Assembly (NCBI GenBank): GCA_964498705.1
Contig: CAZCHT010000003.1
Location: forward strand, 960-64,959
Source: an uncultured Bdellovibrio sp.
GTDB lineage: Bacteria; Bdellovibrionota; Bdellovibrionia; Bdellovibrionales; Bdellovibrionaceae
DNA: 64,000 nucleotides
Direction: 5' to 3'
Positions 36,170 to 46,441 of this stretch are shown here, piece by piece. The notes below the pieces were generated by a model. The model did not search any database. It was not told where the DNA came from and saw only the letters and a program-made list of their open reading frames with translations. The first letter of the stretch is position 1; the number at the start of each line of letters is the position of its first letter. The translations under genes and the position numbers were made by a program.

Positions 36170-38758
36170 ATGAATATTTTACGTCCTGGAGCGGTGACTC
36201 CAAACACTACATACAGTGAAAAAAATATCTTACTCAGAGCGTCGATAGCGACGGTTTTAAGCTTGAGCTTAAGCCTTCCTGTTAACGCACAAACCACAAC
36301 AACGACCACGACTCCAGAAGCGGCAACAACGCCAGCAGCGCGAGAAGTTGAGAAAGTTGAAGTTATCGGAACTCGTATCCGAAGACTCAATGTAGAGGGT
36401 CCTTCTTCTGTGAAAACTGTGAAGAAAGAAGTCCTTGAAAATTCGGGTACAACAACAGTTTCAGACGTATTGCGTGATACCAGTGCGGCGTCTACTGGGG
36501 TGACACGGGAAGCTTCGGGCGGTAACGCAGCTGCGGTCAACAACATCGGGTTACGTGGTTTAGGTGCCAATAGAACCCTAATTTTGTTAAATGGCCGTCG
36601 CCTTCCAAAGGATCCAACGACAGAAGCAGTGGATTTGAATTTAATTCCACAAAGTGCGATCGAACGAGTTGAAATCCTAAAAGACGGTGCGTCCGCTCTT
36701 TACGGTTCAGATGCATTAGGCGGAGTTATCAACTTCGTAACTAAAAAGAACTTCACAGGTAACGAACTACAAACATTCTATTCTAAGCCCAACGGAAAAG
36801 GTGGCGAGAATTTAGGTGTGTCATTGTTGTCAGGTACAGCGAGTGAACGTTCTGAATTCCTAATCAACCTTAGCTACACACGAAAAGAAAAAATCTACGG
36901 TAAAGATCGCGATCTAACTAAAGATGGTCTTTCTTCAAATGGTAGCACAGCTGCTTGGAACAACGGAACAACATGGGCCGTGACTCCAGAAGCAGAATGC
37001 CCACCTGACTTGTTGCGTACAAGTTCATCTGGCAAGCGTTGCTTCTTCCGTTACAACGAAATCGCGACAACTCGTCCTGAGGTTGGTCAGTTCAGTTTAT
37101 TGACTGATTACACTTACAGAACCGACAGCAGCTGGAAGATCTACAATAGAAATATCGTAGTTACTAAAGACATCGCTTGGAGCTATGCACCCACTCCAGA
37201 TAATGGATTCAACTTAGCGTTCCCAACTGGTATCCCTTCAAATGCGGCTGTGAAAAAGATTTCATACCGTTTCATGGAAGCCGGAGATCGTGAAAACAAA
37301 GACACTGAAAGAAACTACAGCGTTTTGGTTGGTACAAAAGGTAACGTAACTGATATCTGGGAAGCTGACGTTTCTGTTGGTGTAAGCCGCGTTGAACGTA
37401 AGAACTTAGGTAAAAATGGTTACATCGATAAGAATATTATCGTGAATTTAATTAAAAACGGCACATTTAATCCACTAGCTCCTAAAGGATCACGTGGTGA
37501 TATGACGTCGGCGATTGCTGAAACTTCTCAATTGAGCGTTTCTGATTTATCAACAGTGGACGTAGTGTTCACTGGTGAAGTTGGTGAAATGGCTAACGGT
37601 CCAATCGGTGCCGCCGTCGGTGTTAGTGCATTCAACGAAAAATTAAAACAAACTCCAGATGCTAAACTAGCTCGCGGTGATATCTTAGGATCTTCGGGTT
37701 CTGAAGATAGCGGTGCTCGTGATGTATCATCTGTGTTTGGTGAGTTCAGCTTACCAATTACTAGCACAGCAGAAATCGATTTAGCTGCGCGTGCGGATAA
37801 CTACTCAGATTTTGGATCTTCAATTAATCCTAAAATCTCTGGTAAAGTTAAAGTTGCTGACAGCACATTATTGAGAGCTTCAGTAGGTACTGGTTTTAAA
37901 GCGCCTACTTTGATCGAAATCAACAGTGCTCGATCAGAAGGCTTCCAACAGTTTATCGACAGAGTACGTTGCGCGAATGACCCTGCGAATGGTTGTGCGT
38001 CTGAGCAGTATTTTGTAATCAGCGGTGGAAACAAAAACTTAAAAGAAGAAAAAGCCATCACTGGCGGAATCGGTGTTGTATACGAACCGGCTCCGGCGTT
38101 CTCTACAAGCTTAGATGTTTGGTACACTAAGATGAACAACGTTGTTGGTATCGATTTCGAAGAACTAACCGTGGCAGAGAAAAAAGGTGTTGATACAACT
38201 AAGTACGGTGTAACTGTTGAGCGTGACTCAAACGGTGAGATCTCCCAAATTACTGCGCCTAATTTGAATCTTCAAGAAGTTGAGTTATCTGGTGTAGATT
38301 TAAATATGGACTACCAAATCTCTGACGATTTCTTTGGTCACAAGCTAAACTTCCAAGACGATATTTCGTACACTCTGTTCTACAACAGCGAAGGTTTCCC
38401 AGGAGCTGGTAAACGTAACGTTGTGGGCGAGTGGGGATTCCCACAGTGGAGAAATGGTTTTAACTTCACTATGAAAAAAGAGGCTCTAACATACATGCTT
38501 TCCGGTAGAACTATTCCCGGTCAAAAAGTATCTGATCGTGAAAAAGGTAAGAATATTAATGACTACACTGAAATGGATATCGCCGTTTCATGGAAAGTTA
38601 CTAAAGATGCAACGATCGGTGGCGGTCTAAGAAATATGTTCAATACAAACCCTCCAGCTGACTTCATCAGCGGTTTAGCTGGCGAGACTATCATCAACAG
38701 CGGTTTGTACGATTTCAATGGTCGTACGGCATTCGTAAGCTACGGACAAAAATTCTAA
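36170..38758 (+). CDS. TonB-dependent outer-membrane receptor
   Basis: It has a signal peptide and a Thr-rich linker. Plug motifs are VEVIGTRI and ILKDGASALYGSDALGGVINFVTKK. The beta-barrel ends in the C-terminal ...FVSYGQKF. Confidence 0.9.
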   Translation: MNILRPGAVTPNTTYSEKNILLRASIATVLSLSLSLPVNAQTTTTTTTPEAATTPAAREVEKVEVIGTRIRRLNVEGPSSVKTVKKEVLENSGTTTVSDVLRDTSAASTGVTREASGGNAAAVNNIGLRGLGANRTLILLNGRRLPKDPTTEAVDLNLIPQSAIERVEILKDGASALYGSDALGGVINFVTKKNFTGNELQTFYSKPNGKGGENLGVSLLSGTASERSEFLINLSYTRKEKIYGKDRDLTKDGLSSNGSTAAWNNGTTWAVTPEAECPPDLLRTSSSGKRCFFRYNEIATTRPEVGQFSLLTDYTYRTDSSWKIYNRNIVVTKDIAWSYAPTPDNGFNLAFPTGIPSNAAVKKISYRFMEAGDRENKDTERNYSVLVGTKGNVTDIWEADVSVGVSRVERKNLGKNGYIDKNIIVNLIKNGTFNPLAPKGSRGDMTSAIAETSQLSVSDLSTVDVVFTGEVGEMANGPIGAAVGVSAFNEKLKQTPDAKLARGDILGSSGSEDSGARDVSSVFGEFSLPITSTAEIDLAARADNYSDFGSSINPKISGKVKVADSTLLRASVGTGFKAPTLIEINSARSEGFQQFIDRVRCANDPANGCASEQYFVISGGNKNLKEEKAITGGIGVVYEPAPAFSTSLDVWYTKMNNVVGIDFEELTVAEKKGVDTTKYGVTVERDSNGEISQITAPNLNLQEVELSGVDLNMDYQISDDFFGHKLNFQDDISYTLFYNSEGFPGAGKRNVVGEWGFPQWRNGFNFTMKKEALTYMLSGRTIPGQKVSDREKGKNINDYTEMDIAVSWKVTKDATIGGGLRNMFNTNPPADFISGLAGETIINSGLYDFNGRTAFVSYGQKF

Positions 38759-38788
38759 TCTAGAAAATTAAAATTAAGTTCTCAAAAA

Positions 38789-38817
38789 AGCCAAGGCACA
38801 AACCTTGGCTTTTTTTA
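38789..38817. terminator. Bidirectional rho-independent terminator
   Basis: AGCCAAGG-cacaaa-CCTTGGCT is flanked by A6 upstream and T7 downstream. It sits between the convergent receptor and transglutaminase genes. Confidence 0.85.
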
Positions 38818-38821
38818 TGCG

Positions 38822-40789
38822 CTAGCCCTTCTTCATGATTTTGCGGATTTCTGATAGGGAGCGCTTTGAATCGGGGATGCTGAGGGATTGTCGATAGGAC
38901 AGTGTGATCCATAGGCTGAAGGCTTTTTCTAGGTCAGGAAGAAAGCCTCGTGATTTTTCGGGAAGGTTAGCTGCGATTCTGGTTTGCCAATCCATAGGGC
39001 CTTCAGTGTCTTTCTTTTGCAATTCAAATTGGGCGGCCCATTTGTTGATTTCTTCGAAGCATTTCTCGGAAAAGTTTTTTCGAAGACCGCGTTTTTGAAA
39101 TAGGTTTATCGCTACAGAAATTAGGAATAGGAAAACTAGAACGATGATCAGGCCATTTCCTAGAGATAGATTCAGGCTTTTTAAAATATCTTTTTGTTTA
39201 TCGAAATCGTACTCAAGTAAGAATGTGCTCCATTGGTAATTCACGTTATCGAACCACATCGACAATCTTGAAAACGCATCGGATCCACTCAGTTTGTTTT
39301 TTATTTCTTCTTCTGTCAGCATGTCCGTCACGATTGAGTTGTAAATGTTAAATCCAAGCTCGATACGTTGCGGGGCCACCACAGTCACCGGGTCAACCAT
39401 CGCCCATCTGTTTTGGGAGTTAACGTATTCGACCCAAGCGTGCGCATCTTTTTGCCTGATCGTCCAAAAGTTACCTACAGGGTTGAATTCGCCGCCATGA
39501 TAACCAACGATTACTCGCGCCGGTATGCCGCTTAGGCGGAATAGCAATGCCATGGCCGAGGCGTAGTGCTCGCAATAGCCTTTTCTGTATTTAAATAGAA
39601 AATCGTAAAGTGAAAGTTGGGGTTGGTCGCCTGGATTAAGAGTGTAGGTAAACCGGTTGCTCGAAAAAAAGTCCAAAATACCTTTGCTGGTCTTTTCTGG
39701 AGAACGATCGCTGCCTTTGAGCTGAACAAGCAGTGTTTCCATTTGCTTTTTTTGGTCATCATTCAATGGGGGAAGAATTGGCTGTTTCAAATTTCTTTTT
39801 AGTACGGCTTCGGTAGCCTTGCCTCTGGCTGACGAGATCGAGGCTAGGATAAACGCTTTTTTTTCTAAAAATGTATCCAATCGGAAATTGTAATTCACAT
39901 CGTAATAGATTGTTAAACCTTCGGAGCTCATTTTGTCGGTATTTTTAAGCGAGAATAAATGGGGTCTATAATGAGGCTCTAAAATCAATCGGTAATCGAT
40001 TTCAGAAGGGGTGTCGGATTGAGTAACGCCGTCAGTGTTGCGCAAGTAGGACCACGTCATCTGATTCGCTTGTTCTAGGGTTAGGCCGCTAAAATACAAA
40101 TCAGCCAGGTTAAAACGATTGTTGAATAACTCTAGTCGCATAACGACTTCATTGCTTTGACTCAACTTAGAAATTGAACCCGGCGATACGGTGTCTGAAA
40201 ACCCAGAAGAGCCATAACGTGAATTAGTTGGGATTTCCAAAAGAGTCTTTGTGATCCGAGGAAGCAATATGAACATTGTCGCGGCCATGGGAATCGCCAG
40301 CAGAATCACTTTGCCTAAATATTTGAGTGCGTCTTTACGACGGCTCTTGATCCAACTGCTAGGAAATAGATTCATCGTCAGTACCGCATAAATAGGTAAG
40401 GATAGAATCAAATACATTAAATCGTATGAAAAAAGAAACTTTGAGCTAATTAAGAAGAAGCCAAGCAAGACCAAAAAATCTTTTTCGGTTTCATCGCTAA
40501 ATTCAAGTGCTTTTAAGCCTGATAGAATAATTATGAAGCTTGCCGCGGGTTCTTTGCCCATCAAAGTTCTAAAATCCAAAAGAATCACAGCGAGTGCAAG
40601 AAAAGATAGAAAACCGGTAATTTTGCGGGATGGGATAGTGAAATCAAAGGCATGGCAAAACAAACGCCAAAGCCAAAACAATATACCTAAGGAAAAGCAC
40701 CAAATAGGAACGTCCGGAAATAATAGCAGCGTCGACATGAAGATGGCTATGGCCAAGCCAAAGTACTCTTTGAACAACAAATTACTCAT
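38822..40789 (-). CDS. Transglutaminase-domain membrane protein (TgpA-like)
   Basis: It has multiple N-terminal TM helices. The transglutaminase core carries catalytic Cys (GYCEHYASAMALLFR), His (DAHAWVEY) and Asp (MVDP). Confidence 0.85.
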   Translation of the reverse strand: MSNLLFKEYFGLAIAIFMSTLLLFPDVPIWCFSLGILFWLWRLFCHAFDFTIPSRKITGFLSFLALAVILLDFRTLMGKEPAASFIIILSGLKALEFSDETEKDFLVLLGFFLISSKFLFSYDLMYLILSLPIYAVLTMNLFPSSWIKSRRKDALKYLGKVILLAIPMAATMFILLPRITKTLLEIPTNSRYGSSGFSDTVSPGSISKLSQSNEVVMRLELFNNRFNLADLYFSGLTLEQANQMTWSYLRNTDGVTQSDTPSEIDYRLILEPHYRPHLFSLKNTDKMSSEGLTIYYDVNYNFRLDTFLEKKAFILASISSARGKATEAVLKRNLKQPILPPLNDDQKKQMETLLVQLKGSDRSPEKTSKGILDFFSSNRFTYTLNPGDQPQLSLYDFLFKYRKGYCEHYASAMALLFRLSGIPARVIVGYHGGEFNPVGNFWTIRQKDAHAWVEYVNSQNRWAMVDPVTVVAPQRIELGFNIYNSIVTDMLTEEEIKNKLSGSDAFSRLSMWFDNVNYQWSTFLLEYDFDKQKDILKSLNLSLGNGLIIVLVFLFLISVAINLFQKRGLRKNFSEKCFEEINKWAAQFELQKKDTEGPMDWQTRIAANLPEKSRGFLPDLEKAFSLWITLSYRQSLSIPDSKRSLSEIRKIMKKG

Positions 40790-41778
40790 GCTAAATCCTG
40801 AGGCGTAAGTACGCTCAATTTTTCAAACACAGTTTCGAATTTTTTTCTATCGTCTAGAAATGTAACTTCATCGGTTTCGGTTTTGATTACAAATAGAGTG
40901 TTCCACTTTTGAGCTTCCGCTATCCATTTGGTGAGTTGCTTAATACGCTTTTCGATTTCAGAAAAATTTTTGAAATATTCTGGAAAATCAATAAAACAGA
41001 TACGTGAACTTTCAGTTTCAAATGTTTTGACGAAAAGTTTATTTTTACGAGCATAAACTTTCCAGTCTATTCGTTTGTAATTTTCGAATTGATTGTATTC
41101 CTTATGACCTAGGAAATTATCCGATTTTGAATCCAGTTGAGCCGATGTTAAATCTAGTTTTTTGCTAAGTTCATCTTCACTGCTATATGGAGGCTCTTGG
41201 CTGCCTTCGCGGGCCGGATAAACGTAGAATTTTTCTGCCCAACCAAGTCGTTTCCAGGAATAAAAAAGATTAAATGGAAACTTTGAAGATATATTCACTT
41301 TAGGATAGTCGTATTGACCTCGAAGACTTTTTGATAAATTTATTTCGACCGTCTTGAAGGAGCTCGGCGGAATTTCAGGAATGGTGGTTTTAACATCGTA
41401 GTCAGAAAATTCAATTTGAATAAATCGAGCATAGTATTTGGAATGATTGTTTTGCAGAGTAATTTTAATTGAGCCTGTTTCGTCTTGAAAAAAACTGCGA
41501 ATAAAAAACTCAGAAATCACGACAGACTTGATATTGTTGTTCGTCAAATGCATGGCAATGAATAGGATGCTGGCGTAAAAGAAGGCGATCAGATAAATCA
41601 ATTGATTCGCGTAGGTATATGCTAGTGCTATCAACACTAGAATGCCACTGCCAAAATAGAAACCAAATCGACTCGGAATGATGTACGGTCGTTTTTGTTT
41701 TTTTGATTTTGCCGGCGGGGTCCACCTAGATGGGAACTTTGGTGCCTTGAAGTATTTCTTCAGCCAACTTCTTTCCAA
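40786..41778 (-). CDS. DUF58 domain protein
   Basis: It occupies the position between MoxR and the transglutaminase that is typical of the MoxR-DUF58-TgpA triad. It has an N-terminal TM hairpin. The ORF track start 41802 overlaps moxR by 77 nt, so TTG 41778 preceded by AAGGAG is a plausible alternative. Confidence 0.6.
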   Translation of the reverse strand: MERSWLKKYFKAPKFPSRWTPPAKSKKQKRPYIIPSRFGFYFGSGILVLIALAYTYANQLIYLIAFFYASILFIAMHLTNNNIKSVVISEFFIRSFFQDETGSIKITLQNNHSKYYARFIQIEFSDYDVKTTIPEIPPSSFKTVEINLSKSLRGQYDYPKVNISSKFPFNLFYSWKRLGWAEKFYVYPAREGSQEPPYSSEDELSKKLDLTSAQLDSKSDNFLGHKEYNQFENYKRIDWKVYARKNKLFVKTFETESSRICFIDFPEYFKNFSEIEKRIKQLTKWIAEAQKWNTLFVIKTETDEVTFLDDRKKFETVFEKLSVLTPQDLA

Positions 41779-42637
41779 CTTTGACTCCTTCGGATAGACC
41801 AAGGCGATGACTCATCACCGCAACGAAAACTTTTTGAACATCTTCCGGGATTACATGATCACGATCATGAATATACGCATAGGATTTAGCCGCTTTCGAA
41901 AGAGATAGTCCGCTACGTGTTGAAAGTGGCGGGTAGTTTTGATTTTTGCGGGTAAAATTAAGTAATTCGTATATGTACTCAGCAATAAGTGGAGATATAA
42001 AAACCTTACGAGCGTTATCTTGATGCATAATGATTTCGGCTTTAGAAACTAAGGTTTTTAAACTCTTCAAAGCTAAACGCGCATCCGATCCTTGAAAAAT
42101 TTTAAGCTCTGAATTTTTGTTCGCGTAGTTGAGCTCAAATGCCATCAAGAAACGGTCGAGCTGGCTTTCAGGTAAACTAAACGTACCAACCTGTTGCTTA
42201 GGGTTTTGAGTGGCAATCAGGATGAATGGTTTCGGCAGGGAATAGGTATGTTTATCTTGTGATACTTCGAACTCTTCCATGGCTTGTAGCAGGGCACTTT
42301 GTGTCCTAGGATTGGCGCGATTTAATTCATCGGCCAATACGAGATGTGAAAACAGTGGGCCTTCAAAAAATTTAAATTCCTTTTTCTCAGGATCGTAAAT
42401 GGAATTTCCAATAATATCAGAAGGCAATAAATCGTTGGTAAATTGAATACGTGAGAATTTGAAATCTAGTAATTTTGCCAGAGCTTGAACCAAAGTTGTT
42501 TTGCCAACCCCGGGAACATCTTCGATTAACAGATGCCCTTCGCTCAATATACAAGTCAGGGCTAACAACGTTTCTTCGTCTTTATCTAGAATGACTTCGC
42601 TAGCGGATTTTACAACGTTTTGGAAAATGGATTTCAT
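41726..42637 (-). CDS. MoxR-family AAA+ ATPase
   Basis: Walker A is EDVPGVGKTTLVQALAKLL and Walker B / sensor is LADELNRANPRTQSALLQAMEE. Length is 303 aa. Confidence 0.9.
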   Translation of the reverse strand: MKSIFQNVVKSASEVILDKDEETLLALTCILSEGHLLIEDVPGVGKTTLVQALAKLLDFKFSRIQFTNDLLPSDIIGNSIYDPEKKEFKFFEGPLFSHLVLADELNRANPRTQSALLQAMEEFEVSQDKHTYSLPKPFILIATQNPKQQVGTFSLPESQLDRFLMAFELNYANKNSELKIFQGSDARLALKSLKTLVSKAEIIMHQDNARKVFISPLIAEYIYELLNFTRKNQNYPPLSTRSGLSLSKAAKSYAYIHDRDHVIPEDVQKVFVAVMSHRLGLSEGVKVGKKLAEEILQGTKVPI

Positions 42638-42645
42638 CCATTTAA

Positions 42646-42972
42646 TTAGACATTAAAACTACTACCACATCCACAGTTTTTTGTGGCGTTTGGATTATTA
42701 AAAACAAAGCCTTTTCCGTTCAGTCCACCCGAGTAGTCTAAAGTCATACCGATAATATATAGGTAGCTGCTCATATCAACTACGACCTTAGTATTGAACT
42801 GCTCAAATACTTTATCGCCAGTTTTCACTTCAGAATCAAAATCCATTTTATATGATAAGCCCGAGCATCCACCTTTCTTAACTTGAACGCGCAAGAAATG
42901 AGATACATCGCGACTTTCTTCAGACTTTAAATTTTCAATTCTTTTTGCAGCAGACTCGGAAATTTGAATCAT
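42646..42972 (-). CDS. Iron-sulfur cluster insertion protein (HesB/IscA/ErpA family)
   Basis: GCSGLSY and the C-terminal CGCGSSFNV signature are present. ATG 42972 follows GGAG. Confidence 0.9.
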   Translation of the reverse strand: MIQISESAAKRIENLKSEESRDVSHFLRVQVKKGGCSGLSYKMDFDSEVKTGDKVFEQFNTKVVVDMSSYLYIIGMTLDYSGGLNGKGFVFNNPNATKNCGCGSSFNV

Positions 42973-43061
42973 AATCAATGGCTCCAGTGAGTGTCAGAAT
43001 ACCAAAAATGGTCCAGCCTTTCAATGCCTAAGTCAGCAGAGCTGACAGAGAACAATACCCT

Positions 43062-44231
43062 TTAAGTGGTACCTATTGGTTTTAAAGTTTTAAAGCGCTC
43101 TAAAGTCGTCTTAATATCCTCGGTCGTTGTGTACCGACCGACACTGAGGCGAAGAGTGCGCGACGCTTGTTCCGGAGTTAAACCAATACCTTTAAGGACG
43201 TGGCTGGCAGAAATTTTTCCAGTACTGCAGGCAGAACCGGTAGATACACCGACACCAGGAATGCGTAATGATAAATCGCCGCCCAAACGTTCTGGAAATG
43301 TAATCGAAAGGTTGATCGGACTACGTTGTTTGATATCGGCAGGCCCGTTGAGCTGAATGTCCGGGAAGATTTGCTTTAAGCCATTTAACAGCTGTTCTAG
43401 TAATTGATGGTAATGTTTTGTTTCATGATCAATGTTCGTTTGGATGATTTCACACGCTTTGCCAATGCCGACGATGCCGGGAACATTCAAAGTCCCTGAA
43501 CGTTGGCCACCTTCTTGGCCGCCGCCAAGAAATAAAGGATCGATATCAACGAAAGGATCTTTGCGCCGTTTGAAAAGAACGCCCACGCCTTTGGGTCCAT
43601 AAATTTTGTGTCCAGAAAAAGATAGTAAATCCACGGGTAGGTTTTTTAAGTCCATCGGGATTTTGCCGACGGCTTGAGTTCCGTCAGTATGAAAATAAAT
43701 CTGATGAGCGCGCGCTAAATTACCGATGGCCACTACGTCGTTGATCGAACCCACTTCATTGTTAACCCACATGATGGAAATCAATTTCGTGTTGGGTTTT
43801 ATCTTTGATTTGATATCTTCGACACTAACTAGACCTTGTTTATCGACGTTTAAGAAATCAACGTCAACGCCAAGCTCTTGCAAATACTTTAAACTGTTTA
43901 AAATAGAATTATGTTCAATCACGCACGAGATAATATGAATTTTCTCGCCCGGCGATTTACGTTGTAAATGATGAACCAATCCGAACAGAGCCCAGTTATT
44001 GCTTTCCGTGGCGCCCGACGTAAAGGTAATTTCCTTGTTATCGCAGCCAATAAGGTTTGCGACTTGAGACCGCGCCGTATTGACGGCTTTATCGGCGGCC
44101 CATCCCCAAGGGTGACCTTGTGATGAAGGATTGCCAAAATCATCTTTTAAAAATGAAATCATGGCATCAAGAACTTTTGGATCCACCGGAGTGGATGAAT
44201 TATAATCTAAGTAAATCGAAGGACTAGTCAT
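43062..44231 (-). CDS. Cysteine desulfurase (NifS/IscS, class V aminotransferase)
   Basis: The PLP-lysine motif is SFSGHKIYGPKGVGVL and the active-site loop is STGSACSTG. Confidence 0.9.
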   Translation of the reverse strand: MTSPSIYLDYNSSTPVDPKVLDAMISFLKDDFGNPSSQGHPWGWAADKAVNTARSQVANLIGCDNKEITFTSGATESNNWALFGLVHHLQRKSPGEKIHIISCVIEHNSILNSLKYLQELGVDVDFLNVDKQGLVSVEDIKSKIKPNTKLISIMWVNNEVGSINDVVAIGNLARAHQIYFHTDGTQAVGKIPMDLKNLPVDLLSFSGHKIYGPKGVGVLFKRRKDPFVDIDPLFLGGGQEGGQRSGTLNVPGIVGIGKACEIIQTNIDHETKHYHQLLEQLLNGLKQIFPDIQLNGPADIKQRSPINLSITFPERLGGDLSLRIPGVGVSTGSACSTGKISASHVLKGIGLTPEQASRTLRLSVGRYTTTEDIKTTLERFKTLKPIGTT

Positions 44232-44281
44232 ACTTGTTCATTATAGAGTCTTCCCGTAAAATTCATAGAGAAAAGGATCAA

Positions 44282-46438
44282 ATGACACAACTTAGAATTA
44301 CTCCCGTATATACAGGATCTAGACCTGCTGAAAGTTTTTTCAAATGGAAGAAATTTGATAGCGAAATTCTGGATAGTGAACAAAAATCCTTCTTTAAGCG
44401 CACGAAATTAGAGTTTCCCGATTTTTGGTCGTCGTTTTCAATCGATATCACGGCGAGTAAATATTTCCGCACGATCAACGGCAAGCAGGAATCGTCGCTT
44501 AAGGAGTTGGTAGAACGTGTAACAAAAAAACTAAAATTAGAATCTGTGAAGCAGGGTTATTTAGACACGAAAAATGCGCGGGTATTTGAAAATGAACTAA
44601 AATACATTTTGTACAGTCAGCGAGCTGCGTTTAACAGTCCCGTCTGGTTTAACCTAGGTGTTTTTAAGCAGCCTCAAACGTCAGCTTGTTTTATCCAAAG
44701 TGCCGGTGATTCACTAGAGGAAATTTTCGATTTGCTAAAGAACGAGAGTCAGATTTTCAAATATGGCTCTGGTTCTGGCAGCAATTTTTCCAACTTGCGC
44801 AGCTATCATGAAAAATTAGATACGGGTGGGTATTCCTCGGGATTACTGGCATTTCTAAATGTATTCGATACAGCCGCTGGTGCGATTAAATCAGGCGGTA
44901 TCACTCGACGCGCAGCCAAGATGGTTATTGTGGATGTGGATCATCCTGAAATCGAAGATTTTATAAAATTAAAATCTCACGAAGAAGACAAAGCCGATGC
45001 ATTGCTGAAAGCCGGATTTAAAGGTGATTTCGAAGGCGAAATTTTAGCATCGTTAAAAGGACAGAACGCCAATAATTCGGTTCGAGTCACTGATCACTTT
45101 ATGAAAGCCGTCGAGCAAAATAAAGAATGGGCTCTACGGGCGCGAAAAAACAAAGCCGTGATCAAAACAGTAGGTGCCAAAGAACTTTGGCAAAGCATCG
45201 CCAAGGCAGCTCATCGCTGTGCAGATCCTGGTTTGCAATTTCACGATACGATTAATAAATGGAATCCGTGTGCCGAGTCGGATCAGATTTATGGATCAAA
45301 TCCATGTTCAGAATTTATGTTCTTAAATGATACCAGCTGCAACTTGGCTTCGATAAATTTAATTCATTTTTTAGATGCCGATAATAAATTTTTGTTAGAA
45401 GAGTTTCAGCATACGATTAAAATTATTTTCTTAGCGCAAGAACTACTCATTGATTTCTCTAAATACCCTACGACCAAAATTGGCGTCAATTCGCATGATT
45501 TTCGTCCACTAGGATTAGGCTTTACCAACTTAGGATCGTTGTTTTTAAGGCTAGGTATTGCCTACGATAGCGATGAGGCACGCGCGTGGGCGTCGTTCAT
45601 TACATCGTTGATGACTTCAGAAGCCTACATGAACAGTCATCAGTTTGCCAAAGTACGTGGCTCGTTTAAGCATTACAGAAAGAATAAAGCGAGCTTCACC
45701 CGCGTGATGAAACTACACGCTAAATCGAATGAGAAAATTGACTGGTCGTTGTTATCTCCAGGGTTTAAAGCCGTCTGCCACGGCAATTGGAAAAGTGTAG
45801 TTAGCCAGTCTGCCGGTAAAGGTTTCCGAAATGCTCAAGCCACAGTAATTGCGCCGACTGGGACAATTAGTTTTTTTATGAATGCCGAGACCACAGGGAT
45901 TGAGCCCGAGTTTTCATTTATCAAATACAAAAATTTTGTGACAGGGAAGAAGGATAGTGCGGGAGTCAAAATTAAATTTGTGAATCAATATTTTGAACAC
46001 GCATTAAAGACGCTTCAATACACACCACAAGAAATTGAAGTTATTAAAACAAAACTTTTGGATACTGGCTATCTAGACGAGAAATTGTTGAAGAGCATCG
46101 CTCATAAAAAAGTATTCCAAACGGCAGTGGGTAGCGATCCTATTTCGCCGTTAGCTCATTTAAAGATGATGGCGGCCGTTCAACCATTTGTTTCAGGTGC
46201 AATTTCGAAAACTATAAATTTACCTTCAACTAGCACAGTGGATGATGTCGCCGTTGCCTATCTGACGGCTTGGGAATTAGGTTTGAAATCTGTGGCCATA
46301 TATCGAGATAAAAGCAAATTAGCGCAACCGCTAGAGCCTCTGGAAGGGCCGAAGTGCGGCGATTGCAATAGTCCGACGGAATTACGAGGCGGATGCTTTG
46401 TGTGTTTAAACTGCGGAACAAGTATTGCGTGCGGTTAG
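44282..46438 (+). CDS. nrdJ: Adenosylcobalamin-dependent (class II) ribonucleotide reductase
   Basis: Motifs NSPVWFNLG, TSACFI, GSGSGSNFSNLR, SNPCSEF and TGIEPEF. The C-terminal Cys cluster is CGDCNSPTELRGGCFVCLNCG. ATG 44282 (MTQLRI) follows AAAGGA. Confidence 0.85.
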   Translation: MTQLRITPVYTGSRPAESFFKWKKFDSEILDSEQKSFFKRTKLEFPDFWSSFSIDITASKYFRTINGKQESSLKELVERVTKKLKLESVKQGYLDTKNARVFENELKYILYSQRAAFNSPVWFNLGVFKQPQTSACFIQSAGDSLEEIFDLLKNESQIFKYGSGSGSNFSNLRSYHEKLDTGGYSSGLLAFLNVFDTAAGAIKSGGITRRAAKMVIVDVDHPEIEDFIKLKSHEEDKADALLKAGFKGDFEGEILASLKGQNANNSVRVTDHFMKAVEQNKEWALRARKNKAVIKTVGAKELWQSIAKAAHRCADPGLQFHDTINKWNPCAESDQIYGSNPCSEFMFLNDTSCNLASINLIHFLDADNKFLLEEFQHTIKIIFLAQELLIDFSKYPTTKIGVNSHDFRPLGLGFTNLGSLFLRLGIAYDSDEARAWASFITSLMTSEAYMNSHQFAKVRGSFKHYRKNKASFTRVMKLHAKSNEKIDWSLLSPGFKAVCHGNWKSVVSQSAGKGFRNAQATVIAPTGTISFFMNAETTGIEPEFSFIKYKNFVTGKKDSAGVKIKFVNQYFEHALKTLQYTPQEIEVIKTKLLDTGYLDEKLLKSIAHKKVFQTAVGSDPISPLAHLKMMAAVQPFVSGAISKTINLPSTSTVDDVAVAYLTAWELGLKSVAIYRDKSKLAQPLEPLEGPKCGDCNSPTELRGGCFVCLNCGTSIACG

Positions 46439-46441
46439 TTA

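Noticed and set aside
36289-36315. Thr-codon run (QTTTTTTTP) as a simple-sequence repeat
   Set aside because: The codons are mixed (ACC/ACA/ACG/ACT), so it is not a true nucleotide repeat. It is a typical flexible linker after the signal peptide of a TonB-dependent receptor.
36127-36570. 147-aa ORF antisense to the 5' end of the TonB-dependent receptor gene
   Set aside because: Its low-complexity Val/Ala/Thr-rich product mirrors the Thr-rich linker of the receptor. The receptor ORF has plug and barrel motifs.
44232-44281. Cobalamin riboswitch upstream of nrdJ
   Set aside because: The leader is only about 50 nt, which is too short for a B12 element, and no B12-box-like sequence was seen.
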